Shown here piece after piece: positions 1-9,671 of a DNA stretch of 47,226 nt. This DNA comes from an uncultured bacterium. Lineage in GTDB: Bacteria; Hydrothermota; UBA3073. The position numbers and the translations under genes are program-made. Every line of letters starts with the position of its first letter. Positions within the stretch are counted from its first letter, which is position 1. The notes below the pieces were generated by a model. That model was not told the origin of the DNA. It did no database searches and saw only the letters and a program-made list of their open reading frames with translations. The DNA is taken from the NCBI GenBank assembly GCA_964422625.1, contig CAYRBN010000001.1, positions 1 to 47,226 on the forward strand. The letters are read 5' to 3'.

Positions 1-67
1 GAAGGGCAAAAAAACCATCAATATATGCTTCCCATACTTTCTTCATTCTCTTAAAGTTATCTGTCAT
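1..67 (-). CDS. 5' end of an unidentified ORF running off the window (MTDNFKRMKKVWEAYIDGFFAL...)
   Basis: ATG at 67 lies 17 nt downstream of the zinc-ribbon ORF stop on the same strand. Only 22 codons are visible and nothing is recognisable. Confidence 0.2.
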   Translation of the reverse strand, partial: MTDNFKRMKKVWEAYIDGFFAL

Positions 68-84
68 TTCAAGAACTTCGTAAC

Positions 85-315
85 CTATAATAAATCCTGT
101 GCTATTGAAACAATTTCATCAAAATCATATTCATCAAGATCAGTGTAACATTTTGAACATTTAAAATAGTTTGTTTCCCCGTCATCGGGATAAGCAGTAT
201 CTCTCTTTCTCACAATCCCATCCTCAATTTCGAAAATAGTATTTCTCCGTTCCGATAGACTAAAACAAAAATCTCTACTCCCGCACTTTTTACAGACATA
301 TTCTACCTTATTCAT
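85..315 (-). CDS. small zinc-ribbon protein (two CxxC pairs), third gene of the R-M-like operon
   Basis: CKKC...CSKC pairs in 76 aa. ATG at 315 is 2 nt after the Mrr-like stop (318-320), with GGAGG inside the last codons of the upstream gene. Confidence 0.55.
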   Translation of the reverse strand: MNKVEYVCKKCGSRDFCFSLSERRNTIFEIEDGIVRKRDTAYPDDGETNYFKCSKCYTDLDEYDFDEIVSIAQDLL

Positions 316-317
316 AA

Positions 318-1334
318 TTACCTCCGTTTAGGTCTCAATCTATCTAAGGGTAATTCTTCGCCTGTCTTTAGATCCTTATACTTCCAAAAACGCCACCCAT
401 TAACAGGTAAACCATTCTGCACAGCCCTACCCGCTCCAGAAGGTGAGCGAAAAACTTGATTATTATATATTACTTTATTCGGCGAAAAATAAACAGCATA
501 GTATAATTTACCTTTATAGTGAGCAAATATCTCTATCCCTTCACTTTCATCAAAAATTTCTCTGGAAGGAATGGCTTTAATTAAATCCTCAGGTGAAATT
601 CTTAAAAGAGCAATTTCATCTTTTATAACCCCTATTCCATTTTCACACATTAATTCAACAAGTTCCTTCCCATTCATTAGCGAAATAGGAGCTTTGTATA
701 GGTCACTTGCTTCTTCTTGGGCAGGATTAGAAAAATCTGAAGTTGTAATTATTAGTCCTTGTTCGTGAGGGCCTAAACTTCCTCGTAATTGAGCAATAGT
801 CGAACTTTGGACATTATTACGCCACCGTTTTACCTGTATGCAGACTTTTGTTCTAATAACATCCCCAACAACGAGTTCACCCTTTACATCTATTCCTCCA
901 TCTCCTGTTCTTCCCACAATCTCAACATTTTCGAAACCTAAATTTCTTAACACTTCACCAGTTAATTCCTCGAATTTTGTTGGATCGATAGAGAGCAAAA
1001 TTTCTAAAAGCTGGCTTTTAACTTGGTTGTTTTTATTCCTAATATCCGCAAATATTCCCTTGGGCTCAAACTCAGTTAAAGAATAATACCCCTTACCGTA
1101 AGAAATAAATCTAGACTCTTCTCCTGTCCTTCGGGTTTTTCTTATTTCAGAATTTATTACAGATGATAGGTTGCCCGCTGTTATCAAATCATTAGAGTCT
1201 AATAATCCTTCTTCAAATGCTTTATTTGCAATTTCTCTGTAATCCATGGGTTTTTTATCACTAAATTCCTTTAGAATTTTATAGGCAATCTCAACATAAC
1301 TCAGAGCATTCAGTTTGTGGTGATTTTCATTCAT
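318..1334 (-). CDS. Mrr-family restriction endonuclease with N-terminal winged-helix (HARE-HTH/Mrr_N-like) and C-terminal RAMA/DUF4357-like domain
   Basis: Mrr_cat signature (FEELTGEVLRNLGF...GDGGIDVKG...IQVKRW...GLIITTSDFS). C-terminal motif SPSGAGRAVQNGLPVNGWRFWKY. Start moved to ATG 1334 (MNENHH), which overlaps the methylase stop by 8 nt (ATGAATGA) and follows GGGAGGA. Confidence 0.8.
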   Translation of the reverse strand: MNENHHKLNALSYVEIAYKILKEFSDKKPMDYREIANKAFEEGLLDSNDLITAGNLSSVINSEIRKTRRTGEESRFISYGKGYYSLTEFEPKGIFADIRNKNNQVKSQLLEILLSIDPTKFEELTGEVLRNLGFENVEIVGRTGDGGIDVKGELVVGDVIRTKVCIQVKRWRNNVQSSTIAQLRGSLGPHEQGLIITTSDFSNPAQEEASDLYKAPISLMNGKELVELMCENGIGVIKDEIALLRISPEDLIKAIPSREIFDESEGIEIFAHYKGKLYYAVYFSPNKVIYNNQVFRSPSGAGRAVQNGLPVNGWRFWKYKDLKTGEELPLDRLRPKRR

Positions 1335-2649
1335 TGAGTCCTCCCATCTCATGACCCAAATCATTTTTTTCAAGTTTACTAACAGAATCAAAAGTTTTTA
1401 TCCTATTACTCTCTTTTTTCTTATTCTTTATAAAAAGCAATATCGGATAAACCGAGATATTTTTGAAAATTTCAAGGTTTGAAATGTCCACTATTTCCTC
1501 AATACTGAAATTGTCCAGGATACATTTCCTTAACCATCTTGCTGATTTCAAAACTTGAACCTTATTTGGAATAATATATCCAAACATACCAGTTGCATTT
1601 AGTAAATCCAATGCCATTTTAATAAAACAAAAATATAGATCAAACGCTCCCTTTGCAACTTCAGGAAAGTTTTCTCTACATACTTTTTTCAACTCACCGG
1701 GCATCTTCTTTGCCTCTAAATACGGAGGATTTCCAATAACAAAATCAAATCCACCTTTGAATTCTCGCATCTTATTTTTTAGGCAGAATACGGTTTCATT
1801 ATCACTGGAGTCTCTTTTGTTCACCGAGTTAGTCAAAAATAAATTAAATCCTTTAGTCTTAAATGTCGGATTGGTTTTCTTGATCTCTTCTAATATGTCA
1901 AAAGTAGCCAATAGCAGATTTAATTCAGATAGTTTAAGTGAAAATGGATTTATATCTAACCCCCATATATTGTTCTGCAGTATCTCAAAAATGGAAGAAT
2001 AACTATATTTTTTTCTTTTTAGATTTTTAATTAAAATGTTAGCTGCTCGTAAAATAAATGCACCACTACCACAAGAGATGTCTATTATTTTTTTATTCTT
2101 TAAATCAGCACTTATGGTATATCCTACACGAGTCAAAATATAATCTATAATTTCATCTGGAGTATAAACTTGCCCAAGCAATATTCTTTCTTCTTTGCTA
2201 ATAAATTGCTCATAAAGTTTTCCTATCAAATCAGTATCTACATCTCTAAAATCGTATTTATTAAGTAAATCTAATAGTTGCAACTCAAGATGTCGTGGTG
2301 GGACATAATAGGTATATACCTCATCGTTAGCAAGATTGAAATACCTATCTTCAAAGTGTTCATAAAATTCATTCATAGACTCATATAAATCATTTTTTAA
2401 TGGAACAGATAGAAAATCATTATCGATGCAATACTTCATAAAAATTGCTTTACCAAAATAAAGAATAATTGCTTCCAACATAAATTTGTTCCTGTCAGTT
2501 ATTCCTGTGGTTTCCAAAAATATTTGGGTATTGGATGATTTTTGGGCGTTATCTATAAATGTTTTTAATAAGTCATGGAATTCTTTCAAAATTATATTGA
2601 AAACTTGCTTATCAGAAAAATTAATTTTGTGTTTAAATAAATACGCCAT
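1327..2649 (-). CDS. gamma-class N6-adenine DNA methyltransferase (Eco57I/TaqI-like catalytic core)
   Basis: Motif I DISCGSGAFIL lies upstream of motif IV VIGNPPY. Only about 130 aa follow NPPY, so no obvious TRD. Confidence 0.85.
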   Translation of the reverse strand: MAYLFKHKINFSDKQVFNIILKEFHDLLKTFIDNAQKSSNTQIFLETTGITDRNKFMLEAIILYFGKAIFMKYCIDNDFLSVPLKNDLYESMNEFYEHFEDRYFNLANDEVYTYYVPPRHLELQLLDLLNKYDFRDVDTDLIGKLYEQFISKEERILLGQVYTPDEIIDYILTRVGYTISADLKNKKIIDISCGSGAFILRAANILIKNLKRKKYSYSSIFEILQNNIWGLDINPFSLKLSELNLLLATFDILEEIKKTNPTFKTKGFNLFLTNSVNKRDSSDNETVFCLKNKMREFKGGFDFVIGNPPYLEAKKMPGELKKVCRENFPEVAKGAFDLYFCFIKMALDLLNATGMFGYIIPNKVQVLKSARWLRKCILDNFSIEEIVDISNLEIFKNISVYPILLFIKNKKKESNRIKTFDSVSKLEKNDLGHEMGGLNE

Positions 2650-3002
2650 TTTTCACATTCTCCTTCTTATACATAGCGACTTCTGTATAAGATTTACATT
2701 CAACACTAATTCTAAATTTGAGACTCAAGAATAGCCCCTTTATATTTGGACTGAATCTCTTTAACGCTTAACATCTTTCTGCCTCCTTAATTTTTTGCAC
2801 CATTATGGCGTCTAACTTCTTGTATTCACGAAGTCCAACTCTCTAAGCCTCTTTATGAGAATAGGACCTTCCGCCCCCTCACCCTTTGCAACTACTATTA
2901 TGCAACCTGCATACAGCATAGAGGGCTGGATTTTGTGATTACAACATTTCAAAGTCTGTTCCTGACAGGCTCAGGAATGAAAACCTGTTCCTGACAGAAC
3001 CT

Positions 3003-3022
3003 GCCCCGGCGAAAGCCGGGGC
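3003..3022. repeat. GC-rich hairpin GCCCCGGC-GAAA-GCCGGGGC (8-bp stem, GNRA loop)
   Basis: Perfect inverted repeat read directly from the sequence. No flanking T-run on either strand. Confidence 0.6.
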
Positions 3023-3066
3023 TCAGAAATTGCGAAGTGCAAATTTACAACCTTAACCGCATTGGA

Positions 3067-3126
3067 GGTCTGCGGACAGGGACAAGCCCTGTCCCTACAA
3101 TGTCCGCAGGGTTATTTTTGCACAGC
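3067..3126 (+). repeat. GGACA-family compound hairpin (short variant of the element at 25868-25948)
   Basis: Outer stem CTGCGGACA/TGTCCGCAG encloses GGGACA-agccc-TGTCCC. Flanks ggt... and ...gggttatttttgcacagc are shared with the 25868 copy. Confidence 0.7.
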
Positions 3127-3179
3127 CTCAGTAGCTTGCTACTGCTTGCATTACCAAGGTAATGCACTCCATTGAAACT

Positions 3180-3345
3180 GACACCTGACCAAAGACGGTT
3201 ATCAGTTATCGGTTATCGGTAAAGACCAACATCAAAGACAGTTATTAGTTATTGGTTATTAGGGCAATGGGGTACTTCATCCTTTTTCCTTTATCCCCCT
3301 ACCACCTGCCACCTAACAAACTAACTAACCAACTAACTACCTGCC
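3180..3345 (-). repeat. concatenated tandem-heptamer arrays downstream of acs
   Basis: Read on the minus strand: gttagtt-type, ggataaa-type, aataacc-type (ctaataaccaataactaataac), ccgataa-type and caggtgt-type units, each in 2-4 degenerate copies. Confidence 0.85.
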
Positions 3346-3352
3346 ACCTGAA

Positions 3353-5344
3353 CTACCCCTCCCTACCTGCAATCAAGGAATCCACTACTGATGGGTCTGC
3401 TAATGTAGAGGTATCACCTATGGCAGAAATCTCGCCCTCGGCTATCTTTCTCAAGATTCTACGCATTATCTTGCCAGAACGGGTCTTTGGTAGGGCATCA
3501 GTAAACTGTATCCTGTCCGGGGTTACAATAGGCCCCAGCTCCGTTCTAATATGTTTAATAAGGGTCTTTTTAAGGTCATCCGATGGCTCCATACCCTGCT
3601 TCAGGGTAACATAACAGTAGATACCCTGTCCCTTAATCTCGTGTGGGAAACCTGCTACTGCTGCCTCTGTTACTGATGGATGGGAGACAAGCGCACTCTC
3701 TACCTCAGCAGTGCTGATTCTATGACCAGAGACATTCATCACATCATCAATCCGCCCCAAGATCCAGTGGAACCCATCTTTATCTATCCGACATCCGTCA
3801 GCACTCCAATATTTGCCCGGGTACATTGAGAAGTAGACCTTCTTTATAAGCTCGTTCTTTTTGTCACCATATACCCCACGAAGCATGCCAGGCCAGGGAC
3901 CCGTAATTACCAGAGACCCCCCTTCATCTATATCTGCAACTGTTCCATCAGTCCTTAAGACCTCGGTTTTCACCCCAAAGAAAGGCATTCCTGCTGAGCC
4001 TGGTTTGGTTGGGATAGCACCTGGAAGTGATGTGAGCATATGTCCACCGGTCTCAGTCTGCCACCAGGTATCCATTATCGGACATCGCTCCTTCCCAATC
4101 ACTCTATAATACCAGATCCATGCCTCTGGATTGATGGGCTCTCCAACCGTTCCAAGAACTCTGAGGCTTGAGAGATTATGCCTATCAGGCCATTCCTCCC
4201 CATATCTCATAAGCGCCCTTATGGCTGTGGGTGCCGTATAGAAGATATTGACCTTATAATTCTCAACTATGTTCCAGAATCTGTCAGGCTCAGGCCAGTC
4301 AGGCACACCCTCAAACATAAGGGATGTTGTCCCGTTTGACAGGGGACCATAGACAATGTATGAATGCCCTGTTATCCAGCCAATATCTGCTGTGCACCAG
4401 AAGATATCGTCATCCTTAATATCAAATACCAATTTAGTGGTAAGGTGTGTATATAGAAGATACCCAGCAGTTGTATGCAAGACCCCTTTTGGCTTACCAG
4501 TTGTACCACTGGTATAGAGAATAAAGAGAGGGTCTTCTGATGACATCTCTTCACACTGACAGGTGTTCTCAATATCATCCGCCTTTATCTCATCATTCCA
4601 CCAAAGGTCTCGCCCTGCTGTCATATTCGGGCTGGTATTCCCTCTGTTATAGACAATGACCTTCTCCACATCAGGACACCCCTGTAGGGCAGAATCTACC
4701 TTACCCTTAATATCTATCGCCTTTCCTCTACGGGACCCTGCATCTGCTGTTATAACAAATTTAGAGTCAGAGTCGAGTATTCGGCTCTTTAATGCCTCTG
4801 CACTGAATGCAGAGAAGACAACAGAGTGTATGGCTCCAATCCTTGCACAGGCTAAAAGGGCAATAGCCAACTCAGGAATCATAGGCAGAAAGATAGTCAC
4901 CACATCCCCTTTTTTTACCCCAGATTTTTTTAACAGATTGGCAAATCTACAGACCTCTGTGTGCAGCTCTTGATAGGTGAGCCTCCTTTTCTCATCCTCT
5001 TTTTCTCCCTGCCAGAGGATTGCTACCTTATCTTTTTTAGACGAAAGATGTCTATCGAGGCAGTTATAGGAGACATTGAGTCGTGCCCCAGAGAAGAATT
5101 TGAGATAAGGTTCCTCAACCTCCCCTATCTTTGAAAAGTCGTGCTCCATCACCTTATCCCATTTCTTAAACCAGACAAGGTTCTCATCTGCCTGTCTTGC
5201 CCAGAATTTTTCAGGAGCATCTATGGACTCCTTATAGAGTCTCTTGTACTCCTCCATACTCCTGATATGTGCCTTCTCACTTATCTCTTTGGGAGGATAA
5301 AATATCCTATCCTCTTTCATCATAGCTTTCATTCCCTTTGCCAT
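3353..5344 (-). CDS. acs: acetyl-CoA synthetase
   Basis: 663 aa with AMP-binding motif [11 protein letters not shown] and Acs-typical length and termini. RBS CAGGAGGGAGAA precedes ATG 5344. Confidence 0.95.
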   Translation of the reverse strand: MAKGMKAMMKEDRIFYPPKEISEKAHIRSMEEYKRLYKESIDAPEKFWARQADENLVWFKKWDKVMEHDFSKIGEVEEPYLKFFSGARLNVSYNCLDRHLSSKKDKVAILWQGEKEDEKRRLTYQELHTEVCRFANLLKKSGVKKGDVVTIFLPMIPELAIALLACARIGAIHSVVFSAFSAEALKSRILDSDSKFVITADAGSRRGKAIDIKGKVDSALQGCPDVEKVIVYNRGNTSPNMTAGRDLWWNDEIKADDIENTCQCEEMSSEDPLFILYTSGTTGKPKGVLHTTAGYLLYTHLTTKLVFDIKDDDIFWCTADIGWITGHSYIVYGPLSNGTTSLMFEGVPDWPEPDRFWNIVENYKVNIFYTAPTAIRALMRYGEEWPDRHNLSSLRVLGTVGEPINPEAWIWYYRVIGKERCPIMDTWWQTETGGHMLTSLPGAIPTKPGSAGMPFFGVKTEVLRTDGTVADIDEGGSLVITGPWPGMLRGVYGDKKNELIKKVYFSMYPGKYWSADGCRIDKDGFHWILGRIDDVMNVSGHRISTAEVESALVSHPSVTEAAVAGFPHEIKGQGIYCYVTLKQGMEPSDDLKKTLIKHIRTELGPIVTPDRIQFTDALPKTRSGKIMRRILRKIAEGEISAIGDTSTLADPSVVDSLIAGREG

Positions 5345-5504
5345 TTCTCCCTCCTGGTATAGTACTCATAGACAGTTTTATTACCTATGAGTATTGGTTA
5401 AGTAAGTAAGTCAAATACCCTAATAATTTACTGATCTATACAGATGTCAAAAAGCAATCGTTCTTTGTAGAATAGAAAAGGTGGTTTGGCAGAGCCTCTC
5501 TGTT

Positions 5505-6689
5505 CTATTGAAGACTACCAAACGGTGAGATTGCTCTCAGTTTTTGAACAATCCGTGGCAAAACCTCCATAACATAGTCTATATCCTCTTCTGTATTATC
5601 CTTGCCAAAGCTGAATCTGATAGACCCCTGGGCTATCTCCGGTGAAATTCCAAGAGACAGAAGAACAGGGGAAGGCTCTAATGAGTCAGATGAGCAGGCA
5701 CTTCCACTGGATACTGCAATACCTTCATAATCCAGATTGAGTACCATTGACTCTCCCTCTACATATCTGACACAGATACTTAATGTCCCACCAAGTCTCT
5801 TTTCTGGATGCCCATTTATTAAACAGTCATCTATCTTCTCTACAATAGCCTGCTCTAATCTATCTCTCAAAGCCTTCAGTCTTTCCTCATCCTGTTTTTG
5901 CATAGCAATTTCACAAGCCCGACCTAATCCAACAATGCCAGGTATATTCTCGGTCCCTGCTCTTCTCCCCCTCTCGTGATGCCCCCCGTGTATGAGGCTC
6001 TCAATCTCTGTTCCCTTTCGGATAAAGAGAGCTCCAATTCCCTTTGGACCATAAAATTTGTGAGAGGATAGTGACAGGAGGTCAACTCCAAGGTCTCTCA
6101 CATCTGTATTAAGTTTTCCAACTGTCTGAACTGCATCAGTATGAAAATAGATCCCTGGTCTGTTCTTCGTTCTTCTATCTTCGTTCACTTTCTGAAGGAG
6201 TTCGCCAATTTCCTTGATGGGTTGGATCGTTCCTATCACATTATTTGCATGCATAATAGTGACTAAGACTGTCTTATCAGTAATAGCGTCTCTAAGGGCA
6301 TCCAGATCCACAATCCCATATTTATCAACACCGATGTATGTTAGATTAAATCCCTGTCTCTCAAGCCACTTACAGGTATTAACCGCTGCAGGATGTTCTA
6401 TTCTGGAGCTTATTATATGATTGCCTCTCTCTCTAACAGCAACCCCTTTGATTGCAAGATTGATTGCCTCTGTGCCTCCTGATGTGAAAAAGATCTCTTC
6501 TGGTTTGGCATTGAGGATTTTTGCAACCTTCTCTCGTGCCTGTTCTCGTGCCTCCTGTGCCTGTTGTGCGAATTGATAGATACTTGAAGGGTTACCATAC
6601 AACTCATTGAAATACGGGGTCATTGCCCTTACTACATCTGGGTCTGTGGGAGTGGTTGCGTTATGGTCCAGATATATAAACTTTCTCAT
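5505..6689 (-). CDS. nifS: cysteine desulfurase (NifS/IscS class V aminotransferase)
   Basis: PLP-lysine context SSHKFYGPKGIGAL and active-site loop SGSACSS. 394 aa. Confidence 0.9.
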   Translation of the reverse strand: MRKFIYLDHNATTPTDPDVVRAMTPYFNELYGNPSSIYQFAQQAQEAREQAREKVAKILNAKPEEIFFTSGGTEAINLAIKGVAVRERGNHIISSRIEHPAAVNTCKWLERQGFNLTYIGVDKYGIVDLDALRDAITDKTVLVTIMHANNVIGTIQPIKEIGELLQKVNEDRRTKNRPGIYFHTDAVQTVGKLNTDVRDLGVDLLSLSSHKFYGPKGIGALFIRKGTEIESLIHGGHHERGRRAGTENIPGIVGLGRACEIAMQKQDEERLKALRDRLEQAIVEKIDDCLINGHPEKRLGGTLSICVRYVEGESMVLNLDYEGIAVSSGSACSSDSLEPSPVLLSLGISPEIAQGSIRFSFGKDNTEEDIDYVMEVLPRIVQKLRAISPFGSLQ

Positions 6690-6779
6690 AGTCCACCTCC
6701 TGTTAACGGTTTGCGTGTTTGCGAAATTAAAGAAACTTAATAATCTACGAAAACCTGCGTCCTAAAAAGAGAGCATTTT

Positions 6780-7865
6780 TCAATTTTCATTTTTCATTTT
6801 GCATTGAGCAATGGTCCCTCCCCCCACCACTATTTCACCATCATAAAAGACTATTGCCTGCCCTGGAGTGATCGCCATCTGTGGTTCTACGAATTTTACC
6901 AGAATATTCTTTCCATCAAGAGGTGAAATCTCTGCGGGGATCTCTTTGTGACGATATCGTATCTTTGCCTTTAATTTAACTGGCGCTTTTAATTCTTTTA
7001 TAGCTATCCAGTTCAGATCAGAGGCTATAAGCTCATCTCCAAATAAATCCTCTCTTTTGCCCACCATAATAGCATTTCGCAGATAATTCATAGCAATCAC
7101 ATATAATCGCTCTATTGATTTTGATAGATTTAGCCCTTTACGTTGTCCTATAGTATAAAATGGGATTCCCCGGTGTTCACCAATAATCTTGCCCTCTTTA
7201 TCCAATATAGGTCCTGGCTTGGACGCAAAAAACTGGGAATAACCTCCAGCAATGAAATCCTGACTCTCCTGTCTCTCATCAACACCAAGCCCGAGGTCTT
7301 TTGCTATTTTCCTTGTCTCTTCTTTGGTGTAAATGCCCAGAGGAAAAAGAGAGAATCCAAGCTGCTCCTGAGATAAGGAGTAAAGGAAATAAGACTGGTC
7401 TTTGTTTTCATCCACACCCTTTTTTAGGAGATGTCCATCTCCTGTTTTATTCTGTTCTATTCGGGCATAATGACCTGTCGCGAAATAATCAAACGAACCC
7501 TTGAGCCTTTCAATCAAAGCACCAAATTTCACCAAGCAGTTACACCTGATGCAAGGGTTAGGAGTTCTTCCTATGAGGTATTCCTTATAGAAATAGTCCA
7601 AAACATAGCTCTTATACTCCTGTTTCATATCAATTATATTGAGTGGGATATCTAATCTCTCTGCCACCTTTCTGGCATCTAATATATCTTCTCTCTCTCC
7701 TGGTCCATAGCATGCATGCCGAAGCCCTTCCTTGCAAGTGCTCTCCCCATCCCATATCTTCATTGTTACTCCGGAGAGTTGATACCCCTCTTCTTTAAGT
7801 AGAGCGGCGGCAACGGATGAATCCACGCCTCCACTCATTGCTATGACAACCCGCAATTTAGACAT
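6780..7865 (-). CDS. mnmA: tRNA 2-thiouridine(34) synthase
   Basis: PP-loop VVIAMSGGVDSSVAA, the CIRCN cysteine and the MnmA C-terminal barrel region. 361 aa. Confidence 0.9.
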   Translation of the reverse strand: MSKLRVVIAMSGGVDSSVAAALLKEEGYQLSGVTMKIWDGESTCKEGLRHACYGPGEREDILDARKVAERLDIPLNIIDMKQEYKSYVLDYFYKEYLIGRTPNPCIRCNCLVKFGALIERLKGSFDYFATGHYARIEQNKTGDGHLLKKGVDENKDQSYFLYSLSQEQLGFSLFPLGIYTKEETRKIAKDLGLGVDERQESQDFIAGGYSQFFASKPGPILDKEGKIIGEHRGIPFYTIGQRKGLNLSKSIERLYVIAMNYLRNAIMVGKREDLFGDELIASDLNWIAIKELKAPVKLKAKIRYRHKEIPAEISPLDGKNILVKFVEPQMAITPGQAIVFYDGEIVVGGGTIAQCKMKNEN

Positions 7866-8062
7866 ACTTAGTTATAGTGAAAAAATGCTAAAACCACAAT
7901 CAATATGGATATTCCTTTTTGGGGCGGATCTAAAGATCCGCTACTACATTAGCTTTGGATATCCATCCCGTGTAGTAGCGTAGCTTTAGCTACGCAAAAA
8001 CGAATTATTCACCGGTAACTACTTAGTTATAGTGAAAAAGTTGAAAATCACTTGGAATTTGT
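7866..8062. repeat. structured spacer bounded by a 19-nt direct repeat, containing two hairpins
   Basis: acttagttatagtgaaaaa occurs at 7866-7884 and 8021-8039. Hairpins are GCGGATC-taaa-GATCCGC+tactac (7923-7946) and gtagta+GCGTAGC-ttt-AGCTACGC (7972-7995). Confidence 0.8.
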
Positions 8063-8959
8063 TCATAAATTGAGCATTCTGTTTAATGCCCTTTGGGCAG
8101 AGTTAATGGTCTCCTCTGGTAGCTCTATTGCATAATGTTCCTCTTTCAGGGCAAGATATACATCATACAAGGTGGTTATCTTCATCTGTAGGCATGACCT
8201 GGCTATGCCTGCGGTATAAAACTCCTTCATGGGGTTCTCCCTCTTCAGTCTATAGATAAGTCCCTCTTCTGTTCCTATGAGAAACCTCTTATTGGATGAT
8301 TTCCTAGCATAGTTCAGCATACCACTGGTTGAGAGGACCTCATCAGCAAGGTCGACAACAGAGGGGACACACTCTGGATGGACAAGTAGAAGGGCATCTG
8401 GAAGCCTTTCTTTTGCAAGAACAACCTCTTCCTCTCTTATCCTTGCATGGACATAGCAGAAACCATCCCAGGGAATTATCTCTTTGTCTACGAATCTCTG
8501 GCAGTATGATGCAAGATTTCTATCAGGGATGAAAATAATCCTGTCCGCAGAAATACTCTTCGTCACCTGTATTGCATTTGCTGATGTACAGCAGACATCG
8601 GATTCACTCTTCACATCTGCGTTGGTATTTACATAAGAGACCACCTTGGCATCAGAATATCTCTTTTTCAGCTTTAGTAACCCTTCTTTATTTACCATAT
8701 CCGCCATTGGACAGCTTGCTTCTTTTTTCGGAAGGAGAACAGTTTTATTAGGCGAGAGTATTTTCGCCGTCTCTGCCATAAACCGAACACCGCAGAATAC
8801 TATTATCCGTGCATCTATGTTTACTGACTTTTTCGCCAGCTCAAGTGAATCACCCCAGAAATCTGCAATGTTCTGCACCTCTGGGATCTGATAGTTGTGA
8901 ACCAGAATGATGGCATTTTTTTCTCTCTTTAACCTCTCAACCTCCGCTATAAGAGTCAT
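8063..8959 (-). CDS. nadA: quinolinate synthase
   Basis: 298 aa. N-terminal KREKNAIILVHNYQ and overall NadA pattern with conserved Cys positions. Confidence 0.9.
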   Translation of the reverse strand: MTLIAEVERLKREKNAIILVHNYQIPEVQNIADFWGDSLELAKKSVNIDARIIVFCGVRFMAETAKILSPNKTVLLPKKEASCPMADMVNKEGLLKLKKRYSDAKVVSYVNTNADVKSESDVCCTSANAIQVTKSISADRIIFIPDRNLASYCQRFVDKEIIPWDGFCYVHARIREEEVVLAKERLPDALLLVHPECVPSVVDLADEVLSTSGMLNYARKSSNKRFLIGTEEGLIYRLKRENPMKEFYTAGIARSCLQMKITTLYDVYLALKEEHYAIELPEETINSAQRALNRMLNL

Positions 8960-9052
8960 GTTAAAGTCCGAAGTCCAATGTTAACCCTGTGAAGCATCTT
9001 GCTCCACACTGATGCAAGGTGCCTCACCTATTTCTATGAAAATATTAAAAAT

Positions 9053-9640
9053 TTACTTGACAAGATCTTTGCAATATTCTTCTCCCAGTCTAATGATTTT
9101 CTCTGTAACCTCTACTGCGGACCTACCAATCAAGACCGATATGGGCTCTTTGCCAACTGCGCCAGTTCCATAAGCAATATCAGGGACCCGTCCGCCTACA
9201 GAGATTATTACCGTAGCCGCTTTCCATGCCATAGAATTGCCTTCTCTCCCTCTCTTCTCCTCGGGTTCCTTTGATCTATCTGTGCAAGCAAGGAGGAGAT
9301 TATTTTTAGCACAGTATTCCTTGAGCCATCTCCCGAACTGCTCATTATGGATAAAATTAATTCCAGCCCTCATTTCTGGGTTCGTCTTCATTATCTCAAT
9401 GATAAATCGTGCCATATGGGATGATGCACCGAATTTAGGGAATCCAGAGGCTCTGGGGAATCCATTTACTACCGTTATTCTACCCTCTATTCCAGCCACA
9501 TCTTCCCTTGATTTTGCGTATGGAAGGGCATATACCATGTTTGTCCTCACCTCGGGGATGAGGTGGGCAAACGGGCTGAAACTCTCAAGCAGGGTTATTG
9601 CCTTGAGCATATTTCCCAGAACCCCATCTTTCTCATTCAT
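9053..9640 (-). CDS. thiN: ThiN-type thiamine-phosphate synthase domain protein
   Basis: PEVRTNMVYALPYA...GIEGRITVV...FGASSHMAR pattern typical of ThiN (COG1992-like). Start set to ATG 9640, preceded by AGGAG at 9648-9652. Confidence 0.6.
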   Translation of the reverse strand: MNEKDGVLGNMLKAITLLESFSPFAHLIPEVRTNMVYALPYAKSREDVAGIEGRITVVNGFPRASGFPKFGASSHMARFIIEIMKTNPEMRAGINFIHNEQFGRWLKEYCAKNNLLLACTDRSKEPEEKRGREGNSMAWKAATVIISVGGRVPDIAYGTGAVGKEPISVLIGRSAVEVTEKIIRLGEEYCKDLVK

Positions 9641-9671
9641 ATTTAGTCTCCTATAAATACAGTTTCCTCTC

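Noticed and set aside
2715-2774. 19-codon mini-ORF (MLSVKEIQSKYKGAILESQI) with a perfect AAGGAGG upstream of the methylase gene.
   Set aside because: It is too short to assess. It could be a remnant of a controller or HTH gene or a leader peptide, but nothing supports a call from sequence alone.
3067-3126. GGACA hairpin plus T-run considered as the terminator of acs.
   Set aside because: The T-run follows the hairpin only on the plus strand, whereas acs and all neighbouring genes are on the minus strand. The element is in the wrong orientation for that role.
3180-3345. Whether the repeat-rich spacers are CRISPR arrays.
   Set aside because: Repeat units are 7 nt, tandem and degenerate. There are no 25-40-nt constant repeats separated by unique spacers, and no cas genes are in the window.
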